Assembly: GCA_028876655.1 (NCBI GenBank)
Contig: JAGWRA010000189.1
Coordinates: 1 to 60,507 of the forward strand
DNA: 60,507 bases
Direction of reading: 5' to 3'
From: Acidobacteriota bacterium
GTDB taxonomy: Bacteria > Acidobacteriota > Vicinamibacteria > Vicinamibacterales > CAVVIG01
The notes beneath the pieces are model-generated. The model ran no database searches. It was not told the DNA's origin and saw only the letters and a program-made list of their open reading frames with translations. A program made the translations under genes and the position numbers. Numbering within the stretch: position 1 is the first letter of the stretch; every line of letters starts with the position of its first letter. Shown piece after piece: positions 33,725-41,666 of the stretch.

Positions 33725-35140
33725 GTGCACACCCTCCTCCTCTCCACCTACGAGATGGGCCGGCAGCCGTTCGGGCTGGCATCGCCGGCGGCGTGGCTGG
33801 AGCGGGCGGGGCTCGCGGTCCGGTGCGTGGACCTGTCGCGCGACCGGCTGCTCGACGAGGCGATCCGCGAGGCGGACCTCGTCGCCTGGTACCTGCCGAT
33901 GCACACGGCGACCCGGCTGGCGGCGCCGGTGATCGAACGCGTCGGCCGCGTGCAGCCCCGGGCGCACCGCTGTGCCTACGGCCTCTACGCGCCCCTGAAC
34001 GCCTCGTTCCTCCGCGCCCGCGGCATCGACACGATTCTCGGCCCCGAGTTCGAAGCCGACCTGCTCGCGCTCGCCCGGCGCCTGGCGGACATCACGCCCA
34101 CGTCGCCGGAGGCCACACCGAGCGACGGACAGGTGAATCCGGAGCGAGGCGTCGGCGTGCCCCGCCTGCACTTCGTGCAGCCCGATCGCCGCGGCCTGCC
34201 GCCGCTCGATCGGTACGCCACCGTGCAGATGGACGATGGGACGAAGCGGGTCGCGGGCTATACGGAGGCCAGCCGCGGCTGCCGTCATACCTGCCGGCAC
34301 TGCCCGATCGTGCCGATCTACGGCGGCACCTTCCGTATCGTCCAGCCCGAGGTGGTGCTGGCCGACGTCCGGGCGCAGGTGGCGGCCGGCGCGCGCCACA
34401 TCACCTTCGGCGATCCCGACTTTCTGAACGGTCCGCGCCACGCCGTGCGGATCGTGGAGGCGCTGGCGCGTGAGCATCCCGGCGTCACCTACGACATCAC
34501 CACGAAGGTCGAGCACCTGCGGCGCCATGCGGCGGTGCTGCCGCGTCTGCACGAGACGGGCTGCCTGTTCGTCACGACGGCGGTCGAGGCAGTCGACGAT
34601 CGCATCCTGTCCCGGCTCGAGAAGGGACACACACGCGACGACTTCGTCCGCGCCGTCGAACACTGCCGGGCGATCGGGCTCGCGCTCGGCCCGACCTTCG
34701 TCGCCTTCAACCCGTGGATCACGCGCGACGGGTATTGCGATCTGCTGGAGACGATCGCGGCGCTCGATCTCGTCGAGCACGTCGCGCCGATTCAGCTCGC
34801 CATCCGGCTGATCGTCACGCAGGGGTCGCGGCTGCTCGAGTTGCCCGAGATCCGCGAGCAGGTCGGGCCGTTCGATGCCGCGGCGCTGTCGTACCCGTGG
34901 CGGCACGTGGACCCGGCGGTCGACGCGCTGCAGCAGACGGTGATGACGCTGGTCGGCACCCGGCCGGGCGCGCCGCGCCGCGAGGTGTTCGAGGCGGTCC
35001 GGCAGCTCGCCCATGCCTGCGCTGGCAGCCGGCCGCCCGCGCCGCGCCGGGAAGCCCGCGCCCGCGCCACGGTCCCGTACCTCAACGAGCCCTGGTACTG
35101 TTGAGCGGAGCCGAATGAAGAGCAGGTGGCTCTGATCTGA
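33725..35140 (+). CDS. B12-binding-domain radical SAM protein, probable selenoprotein with a C-U-A-E-P tail (TGA 35102-35104 recoded)
   Basis: CRHTCRHC gives the CX3CX2C motif. The ORF-track stop TGA directly follows ...LNEPWYC. The next in-frame codons are GCG GAG CCG (A-E-P), then NEEQVALI and TGA at 35138-35140. If the TGA is not recoded, the CDS ends at 35104. Confidence 0.7.
35106..35134 (+). promoter_or_regulatory. candidate bacterial SECIS hairpin
   Basis: CGGAGCC (35106-12) pairs with GGCTCTG (35128-34): 7 bp including one G-U, with a 15-nt loop containing GGT. It starts 2 nt after the TGA. Confidence 0.4.
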
Positions 35141-35150
35141 TGATTGATAC

Positions 35151-35315
35151 GTACGACGTGCCACGTGCGAGGTACGACGTGCGAAACGTACGGCGTACCA
35201 CCGGACGACGTGCGAATCGTATGACGAACTCCGATGGCGGTGCGAGCCGTACGTCGTACTTCTGTACGTAGTTACATCCCGCTCGTCGTACCTCGCACGT
35301 CGTACGTGGCACGTC
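35151..35315. repeat. long inverted repeat assembled from shuffled heptamer modules GTACGAC / GTGCCAC / GTGCGAG
   Basis: Left arm 35151-35185 reads GTACGAC GTGCCAC GTGCGAG GTACGAC GTGCGAA. The reverse complement of the right arm 35285-35312 reads GTGCCAC GTACGAC GTGCGAG GTACGAC. Confidence 0.8.
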
Positions 35316-35331
35316 TCTTCACCACACCAAC

Positions 35332-36612
35332 ATGCCCCATCGGGCCCCCCGCCTCCTCCTCCTCGCCACCACGACCGGCTACCAGACCCGCGCGTTCGGG
35401 GAGGCGGCGGGGCGGCAGGGAGTGGCGCTGGCGTTCGGGACCGACCGGTGCGATCGGCTGGACGACCCCTGGCGCGATGCCGCGGTGCCGATCCGCTTCC
35501 ACCGGGAAGACGAGGCGGTGGCGGCGCTGGTCGACGCGGCCGCCCGGGAGCCGATCGACGGGATCCTGGTCGTCGGCGATCGGCCGGTCGTGATTGCCGC
35601 CCGCCTGGCCGCGGCGCTCGGATGGCCCGGCCATCCGCCCGCGGCCGCCGCGGTCAGCCGTGACAAGCGGCTGACGCGCGAGGCGCTGGCCGGCGCGGGC
35701 CTGCCGGTGCCGTGGTTCCGCACGGTGCCCCTCGATACCGATCCCGTGTCGCTCGCCGGCACGGTGCCGTACCCGTGCGTCGTCAAGCCGCTGGCCCTGT
35801 CGGGCAGCCGGGGCGTGATCCGTGCCGACGATCCCGCCACGTTCGAGCAGGCGTTCGAGCGTCTCGGGCGGTTGCTCCGGTCGACGGACGTCCGGGCCCT
35901 GCACGACCCGGCCCTCGACTTCGTGCAGATCGAGGGGTTCATTCCGGGGCAGGAGTACGCGGTCGAGGCGCTCCTCGACCGTGGGCGGCTTCGCGTGCTG
36001 GCGATCTTCGAGAAGCCCGATCCGCTCGACGGCCCGTTCTTCGAGGAGACGATCTACGTGACGCCGCCGCGCGTGATGGCCGCGGTGACCGACGCCATCG
36101 AGTCCGCCGTCGCGGCGGCCGCCCGCGCCATCGGCCTGTACCACGGGCCGATCCACGCCGAGTGTCGCGTCGGTGCCGGCGGCATCTTCGTCCTCGAGGT
36201 GGCGGCGCGGCCGATCGGCGGGCTGTGCGCGCGGGCCCTCCGCTTCGAGGCGCCCGGCCTGTCCGGGCCGTGCTCGCTGGAGGATCTGCTGGTGCGCCAC
36301 GCCATCGGCCAGCCGACCGACGGCTGGCGCCGCGAAGCGGCCGCGGCCGGCGTGATGATGATCCCGATTCCGCGTGCCGGGCTGTATCGCGGCGTGGACG
36401 GGGCAGACGAGGCGGCGGCCGTCGACGGGATCGAGGCCGTCGTGCTGTCGGCACGTCCCGACCAGTCCCTGGTGCCGCTGCCCGAGGGCGCCAGTTACCT
36501 GGGCTTCATCTTCGCGCGCGGCGGGACGACCGCCGCCGTGGAGGCACGGCTGCGCGAGGCGCACGGGCGCTTGCGAGTCCGGATCGACCCGGTCCTGCCG
36601 GTCGTCCGCTGA
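35332..36612 (+). CDS. ATP-grasp domain ligase (amino-acid/carboxylate-amine ligase-like)
   Basis: VSRDKRLTREALAGAGLPVP, PCVVKPLALSGSRGVIRA, IEGFIPGQEYAVEAL and GPIHAECRV give a typical ATP-grasp layout. There is no obvious RBS before the ATG at 35332. Confidence 0.75.
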   Translation: MPHRAPRLLLLATTTGYQTRAFGEAAGRQGVALAFGTDRCDRLDDPWRDAAVPIRFHREDEAVAALVDAAAREPIDGILVVGDRPVVIAARLAAALGWPGHPPAAAAVSRDKRLTREALAGAGLPVPWFRTVPLDTDPVSLAGTVPYPCVVKPLALSGSRGVIRADDPATFEQAFERLGRLLRSTDVRALHDPALDFVQIEGFIPGQEYAVEALLDRGRLRVLAIFEKPDPLDGPFFEETIYVTPPRVMAAVTDAIESAVAAAARAIGLYHGPIHAECRVGAGGIFVLEVAARPIGGLCARALRFEAPGLSGPCSLEDLLVRHAIGQPTDGWRREAAAAGVMMIPIPRAGLYRGVDGADEAAAVDGIEAVVLSARPDQSLVPLPEGASYLGFIFARGGTTAAVEARLREAHGRLRVRIDPVLPVVR

Positions 36613-36692
36613 TGCCGCTGGCTCCGTCGCGCCAGATCCGGTAACATTTTCGCCGGGCCCCGGCCTGCACCGGGGCGCTCCGGAGGCCTTGC

Positions 36693-37007
36693 ATGAGTTC
36701 CTGTGACGAACCGACCGTGCCGACGCCGCCGACCGGCCGCGAGGTGTTCTGCGTCAAGTTCCGCAAGAAGATGCCCGGTCTCACACGGCCGCCGTGGCCA
36801 GGCGAACTGGGGCAGCGGGTCTACGAGAATGTCTCGGTCGAGGCCTGGAAGCTGTGGGAAGGCCGGATGAAGATGATCCTGAACGAGTACCGCCTCATGC
36901 CCTGGCAGAAGGAAGCGCAGGAACTGGTGGCGAAGTACATGGAGGAGTTCTTCTTCGGCGAAGGCGCCGCGCTGCCCCCCGGCTACGTGCCGCAGCAGAC
37001 GAAGTGA
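36693..37007 (+). CDS. yggX: Fe(2+)-trafficking / oxidative-damage protection protein YggX
   Basis: VFCVKFRKKMPGLTRPPWPGELGQRVYENVSVEAWKLW is a close match to the YggX pattern, with an extra N-terminal extension. Confidence 0.85.
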   Translation: MSSCDEPTVPTPPTGREVFCVKFRKKMPGLTRPPWPGELGQRVYENVSVEAWKLWEGRMKMILNEYRLMPWQKEAQELVAKYMEEFFFGEGAALPPGYVPQQTK

Positions 37008-37052
37008 TGGCGGCGGCCCGCCGCCGTCTTGCCGGTCGATCCGGGGTCGCGT

Positions 37053-37310
37053 ATGATGGCCGGCGTGACGGTACCGCCGGATCTCGAGCCTGAAGCACGC
37101 CATCGCTGCTGCTGGTACAGTCGCCGCACGACGCACATCCCCCCCGACCTCGGCTCGCACACGATCGCAGACGGCGAGCTCCTCTACTGCGTCCATCCCA
37201 TGTTGTTTCCCGTCGTCGGCTATCACTTCGACGTGCGCAACTGCGAACGGTGCGAGTACTTCAAACCGACGCGCACGGCCGGCATCCCCTCCGCACCGCC
37301 TCGCGGCTGA
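37053..37310 (+). CDS. hypothetical Cys-rich small protein
   Basis: 85 aa with a CC...C...C-x2-C pattern (RHRCCWY, LYCVH, NCERCEY). G/C-rich third positions. No recognised domain. Confidence 0.35.
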   Translation: MMAGVTVPPDLEPEARHRCCWYSRRTTHIPPDLGSHTIADGELLYCVHPMLFPVVGYHFDVRNCERCEYFKPTRTAGIPSAPPRG

Positions 37311-37638
37311 TCCGGCGCGCCTCGCGGTCCGTCCGCAGCGCAGTTAAACGATTCACTCCAGCGAGCACTTCTGTAGCGATCTGCTGCAGAGATAGAACCC
37401 GTCCGGGACTCATTCCTGTAACTCATTGATATAAAAAGACTTCAACTTTGCCGTCGCGGCTGGGAGCTGGCATGCCGTTTGAAGCCTCCGACTGCCATGC
37501 ACGGGGGATTGGTTCTGGTTCGACGAGGTCGGAGCACCGGCAGCCGCGAGTGCGGCACCGGCCGGGTTCCGCGTCCCCTGGGAGCCGGTGTCGCCTGGCG
37601 CGGCGCCTGCCAGTTCTACGGAGGGCCCGACAGTGAAC

Positions 37639-37881
37639 ATGGAAAAGCGGAAGGAACGGCGCGGATTCGCCTCGATGTCGCCCGAGAAGCAGCGCGAGAT
37701 CGCGAGTAAGGGCGGCCGGGCGGCCCACGAGAAGGGGACGGCGCACGAGTGGACGTCCGACGAGGCGCGGCAGGCGGGACGGAAGGGCGGGCAGGTGAGC
37801 CGCGGCGGGCGCGGACGGCTGCCGATGGCGCCGGCGGGCGTGGCCGGTGCGGCACAGCCGATGACCGGACGCCACGAGTAG
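37639..37881 (+). CDS. KGG-repeat general stress protein
   Basis: SKGGRAAHEKG and RKGGQVSRGG are KGG motifs. Small basic protein. Confidence 0.75.
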   Translation: MEKRKERRGFASMSPEKQREIASKGGRAAHEKGTAHEWTSDEARQAGRKGGQVSRGGRGRLPMAPAGVAGAAQPMTGRHE

Positions 37882-37918
37882 GCGGCGGGTTCCTATCGTT
37901 CGACGTGGAGGCGTGTTC

Positions 37919-39640
37919 ATGGCAAGAAGCGTAACGGCGGCCCTGGTTTCGCTGGGGCTGGCCTTGGGAGCGGTGGCGCCGGCCGCCGCCCGGACAGCAC
38001 CCCCGGCCAAGACGGCCGTGGCCACCCAGGCGTCGGGCGCCTCTTCGTCATCGGCGAGTTCTGCCACCCGTCCGGCGACGACGACGTTCTACGGCGACAC
38101 GGGCCTGTGGTTCGTGCCGACGGCGGAGGTCCTGTCGAAGGGGGCGTGGTCGGTCAGTGGTTACCGGGCCGGTTTCAACGCCGTGCCCGGCTTCACCAAC
38201 GTGTCGGACATCGCCGGCACGTTCGGCGTCGGCCTGGGCGGCCGGGTCGAGCTGTTCGGCTCGGTCGTGGCCGACTCGCGGATCGATCGCGACATCCGGC
38301 CGCTGTTCGGGCCGGGGACGGTCGGCGGCATCGTCGCGCGGTATCCCTTCGTCACCACCGGGTTCACGGGGAACCATCTGGGCGACGTGTACGTCGGGGC
38401 GAAGGTCAACCTGCTGTCTCAGGAGCGGCAGAACCCGGTCGCCTTCGCGCTGCGCGGCATCGTCAAGCTGCCGACGGGCGACAAGACGGTGGGCCTCAGC
38501 ACGGGCAAGACGGACGTGCTGCTCGACGCGATCCTCAGCAAGGAGGTCGCCGAGAAGGTCGAGCTGTCGGCCTTTGGTGGCGTGGATCTCACGGGGACGC
38601 CGGCCGGCTTCTCCTCGTACACGAAGTTCGCGCAGTGGGGTGTGGGCCTCGGCTATCCGAGCCGGACGCCCTTCCGGGTGATTGCCGAGGCGCACGGCGA
38701 CCTGCCGTTCAACAGCACGGTCACGCTGTCGGCGCCGCTCGTCGCCTCCGATGGCAGCCTGTCGCCGCTGTCGGCCACGGTCGACAAGATGACCACGACC
38801 ACCGTGGGGCTGGTCTGGCAGGCGAAGAACGGGTTCTTCGTCGGCGGCGGCATCAACTGGAACTTCCCGACGGCCGATCGGGCGAGCTACACGACTGACG
38901 AGACCCTCGGCGTGGCCAGGGACTTCGTCGACTACCAGTTCCGGATCGGCTTCCACCCCGGCGTCGGCGTCTACGTGCCGCCGGTCCCCCCGCCGCCCCC
39001 GCCACCTCCGCCGCCGGCCAACCAGCCGCCGACCGTGCAGGCGACGTGCGATCCCTGCACCGTGAACGTGGGGCAGACGGCGACGGTGACGGCCGTGGGG
39101 CACGATCCCGATGGCGACACGCTGACCTACCAGTGGACCGCGCCGGCCGGCACGCTCGCCGACGCGACCGCCTCGACGACGAAGTGGACGGCGCCGATGG
39201 ACGCGGGTCCCGTGCCGATCACCGTGACGGTGAACGACGGCAAGGGCGGGACGGCCTCCGACACGGTGACGATCCAGGTCACGAAGCCGCCGGTGAAGGT
39301 CTACACGTTCGAGGACGTGGACTTCGGCTTCGACCAGTACAGCCTGCGGCAGGCCGGCCTGCGCATCCTCGACGAAGTCGTCAAGGCGATGCAGGAGGAT
39401 CCGACGCTGCACCTGCAGATTCAGGGGTACACCGACAACATCGGGACGCCGGAGTACAACCTGGCCCTCGGCGACCGCCGCGCGAAGGCGGTGCAGAACT
39501 ACCTCGTCTCGCGTGGCATCGACGCCAGCCGGCTGGGGACGATCAGCTTCGGCGAGGAGAACCCGAAGTACTCGAACGCCCGTGAGGAGACGCGCCGCCT
39601 GAACCGGCGGGCCGCGCTCGTCGTCCGGCTGGTGCACTAG
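37919..39640 (+). CDS. OmpA-family outer membrane protein (N-terminal barrel, poly-Pro linker, PKD/Ig-like domain, C-terminal OmpA domain)
   Basis: Signal peptide, PPVPPPPPPPPPPANQPP linker, HDPDGDTLTYQWTAP (PKD-like), and GYTDNIGTPEYNLALGDRRA (OmpA_C). GGAGG lies 9 nt before the ATG at 37919. Confidence 0.85.
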   Translation: MARSVTAALVSLGLALGAVAPAAARTAPPAKTAVATQASGASSSSASSATRPATTTFYGDTGLWFVPTAEVLSKGAWSVSGYRAGFNAVPGFTNVSDIAGTFGVGLGGRVELFGSVVADSRIDRDIRPLFGPGTVGGIVARYPFVTTGFTGNHLGDVYVGAKVNLLSQERQNPVAFALRGIVKLPTGDKTVGLSTGKTDVLLDAILSKEVAEKVELSAFGGVDLTGTPAGFSSYTKFAQWGVGLGYPSRTPFRVIAEAHGDLPFNSTVTLSAPLVASDGSLSPLSATVDKMTTTTVGLVWQAKNGFFVGGGINWNFPTADRASYTTDETLGVARDFVDYQFRIGFHPGVGVYVPPVPPPPPPPPPPANQPPTVQATCDPCTVNVGQTATVTAVGHDPDGDTLTYQWTAPAGTLADATASTTKWTAPMDAGPVPITVTVNDGKGGTASDTVTIQVTKPPVKVYTFEDVDFGFDQYSLRQAGLRILDEVVKAMQEDPTLHLQIQGYTDNIGTPEYNLALGDRRAKAVQNYLVSRGIDASRLGTISFGEENPKYSNAREETRRLNRRAALVVRLVH

Positions 39641-39675
39641 CCGCGCGCGCTCCGGAACGGCACCGGCTCACGGGA

Positions 39676-39709
39676 GGCCGGCGGACTGAGGTCCGCCGGC
39701 CTTTTTTTT
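39676..39709 (+). terminator. canonical rho-independent terminator
   Basis: GGCCGGCGGAC-tgag-GTCCGCCGGCC followed by TTTTTTTT. Confidence 0.9.
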
Positions 39710-39761
39710 CGTCCGGGCGCCGCGTGGATTCCGGCACGCGATGTGATTGACAATGGGGGAG

Positions 39762-41630
39762 ATGAACGTCCGCCTGCACCGGACGGTCCTCGCCGGCCTC
39801 CTCCTGTTGCTGGCCACCACGGCCACGGCGGCCGCGCCCGCGATCACCGTCCGTTCGCTCCGCTTCGCCGGCGTCACCGGCGCCGAAGAGAGCCGCCTGC
39901 GCGATCTCATGGAGACCCGGCAGGATTCCCTGCTGCCCTGGGGCAAGAAGTACCCCTTCGATCGGGCGGCGTTCGAGTCGGACGTCCAGCGCGTCCGGGC
40001 CTACTTCATCGACCACGGGTACCCGAACGTCACGGTCACCTCGAAGATCGCGTACACGGACGAACGCGAGGCGGTGAACCTGACCGTCGTCGTCGACAAG
40101 GGCGCGGCGGTGCGGATCAGCACCGTCACCTTCACGGGGTTCGACGCGGTCCCCGCGGCACGCCGGCTGGCGCTCGAGGGGGACGTGCCGCTGACCGCCG
40201 GTGCGCCGCTCGCGCGCGACGATCTGGTGGCGGCGCACGCGATGGCCGTGCACGCGCTCGAGGATGCCGGCTACCCGTACGCCCAGGTGCAGACGCAGGT
40301 GGCCCGGGTCGGGCCGATGGACGTCGCGATCGGATTCCAGGCGGAACCCGGCCTGCTCGGCCACTTCGGGGCCGTCACGATCGTGGGGAACAGGAGCGTC
40401 ACCGACGAGATCGTCCGGCGCGAGCTGCTGTTCCGGCCCGGCGAGCGCTACAGCCGCGCCCGGCTGCAGGCCACGCAGCGCAAGCTCTACGGCCTCGGCC
40501 TGTTCCAGTTCGTCGACGTGCATGCGTCGCTGACGACGCCTCCGTCCGCCGAGGTGCCGATCCGGATCACGGTCACCGAAGGGAAGCACCATCACGTCGA
40601 GTTCGGCATCGGGTACGGGACCGAGGAGAAGCTGCGCGGCGACGTGCAGTGGCGGCAGGTGAACTTCCTCGGCGGCGCCCGGTCGGCGAGCGTGCACGGC
40701 CGGTGGTCGTCGATCGACCGCGGCGTGCGCGCCGACTTCACGCAGCCGTCCCTCGCCACGCCCCACTACCAGCTGAAGCTCGAGGGGCAGCGCTGGTACA
40801 CGAACGCGCCGGCCTACCTGCTGGTGGCGAGCGGCGGCAGCGCGACCGTCGTCCACGACGCCGGCTCGCCGACGGTCTGGCAGGTCTCGCTCGAGGCCGA
40901 GCGCGACACGAGCCGCATCGCCAGCGACGCGCTGAACGATCCCCTGCTGCGCAACGACCTGATCGCCCTCGGCCTGAACCCGGTGACCGGCGAGCAGGCC
41001 GGGACGCGGGTGGCGCTCGCCGCCGACTTCACCCGCAACACCGCCGGCAACCTGCTGAACGCCACACACGGCTACGTCATCAACCTCCACGTGGAGCAGG
41101 CGGGCCGCTGGCTGCCCGGCGCCTTCAACTACACGCTCGTGTCGGCCGACCTGCGCCACTACCTCGGGCTGGGGCACGGCGTCGTCCTCGCCACCCGGGC
41201 GCAGGCGGGGGACGTCGAGCCGCAGGGCGGCCGCAACACGAACATTCCCTTCTCCAAGCGCTATTTCCTGGGCGGCGCCACGAGCATCCGCGGCTGGGGC
41301 CGCTACGAGGTGAGCCCGCTCAGCGAGTCCGGCCTGCCGATTGGCGGCGACAGCATGCTCATGGGGAGTACCGAGCTGCGGACGCCGATCGTCGGCAGGC
41401 TCGGCGGCGTGATGTTCCTCGATCTCGGCAACGTGTGGAGGCAGCCCGACACGTTCCAGCTGGCCGACCTGCGCTACGCCGTCGGGGCCGGCCTGCGGTA
41501 CGAGACGCCCGTCGGGCCGATCCGCTTCGACTTCGGGTACCAGCTGAACCCGATCCCGGGGCTCATCGTGAGCGGCCAGCCGCAGACCAGGCGCTGGCGC
41601 ATCCACTTCAGCATCGGACAGGCGTTCTGA
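39762..41630 (+). CDS. tamA: TamA/BamA-family outer membrane protein assembly factor (POTRA domains plus Omp85 barrel)
   Basis: Signal peptide, POTRA-like repeats, and a barrel with the KRYFLGGATSIRGW motif, ending in F. Directly upstream of tamB. The start could also be 39747 or 39753. Confidence 0.8.
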   Translation: MNVRLHRTVLAGLLLLLATTATAAAPAITVRSLRFAGVTGAEESRLRDLMETRQDSLLPWGKKYPFDRAAFESDVQRVRAYFIDHGYPNVTVTSKIAYTDEREAVNLTVVVDKGAAVRISTVTFTGFDAVPAARRLALEGDVPLTAGAPLARDDLVAAHAMAVHALEDAGYPYAQVQTQVARVGPMDVAIGFQAEPGLLGHFGAVTIVGNRSVTDEIVRRELLFRPGERYSRARLQATQRKLYGLGLFQFVDVHASLTTPPSAEVPIRITVTEGKHHHVEFGIGYGTEEKLRGDVQWRQVNFLGGARSASVHGRWSSIDRGVRADFTQPSLATPHYQLKLEGQRWYTNAPAYLLVASGGSATVVHDAGSPTVWQVSLEAERDTSRIASDALNDPLLRNDLIALGLNPVTGEQAGTRVALAADFTRNTAGNLLNATHGYVINLHVEQAGRWLPGAFNYTLVSADLRHYLGLGHGVVLATRAQAGDVEPQGGRNTNIPFSKRYFLGGATSIRGWGRYEVSPLSESGLPIGGDSMLMGSTELRTPIVGRLGGVMFLDLGNVWRQPDTFQLADLRYAVGAGLRYETPVGPIRFDFGYQLNPIPGLIVSGQPQTRRWRIHFSIGQAF

Positions 41631-41666
41631 CCGGGGCCGATCGACTGGCGTGCGGACGCCCGCAGC

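Noticed and set aside
35082-35593. Short ORFs inside the 35105-35331 spacer (76 aa on the minus strand, 119 aa on the plus strand) as RiPP precursor peptides for the radical SAM / ATP-grasp pair
   Set aside because: They are translations of the heptamer repeat (period 7 is not a multiple of 3). They lack RBS sites, and one merely extends out of frame into the ATP-grasp gene.
37468-37483. Sigma-54 promoter TGGCAT-N5-TTGAA
   Set aside because: The -12 element deviates from the consensus (TTGAA instead of TTGCA). No enhancer-binding protein gene is nearby. It is kept only as a remark within the AT-rich island finding.
37480-37560. Possible tRNA or tRNA-Sec (TGGTTCGACGAGG resembles a T-arm)
   Set aside because: There is no complementary T-stem, acceptor stem or anticodon arm around it. 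No tRNA could be folded anywhere in the window.
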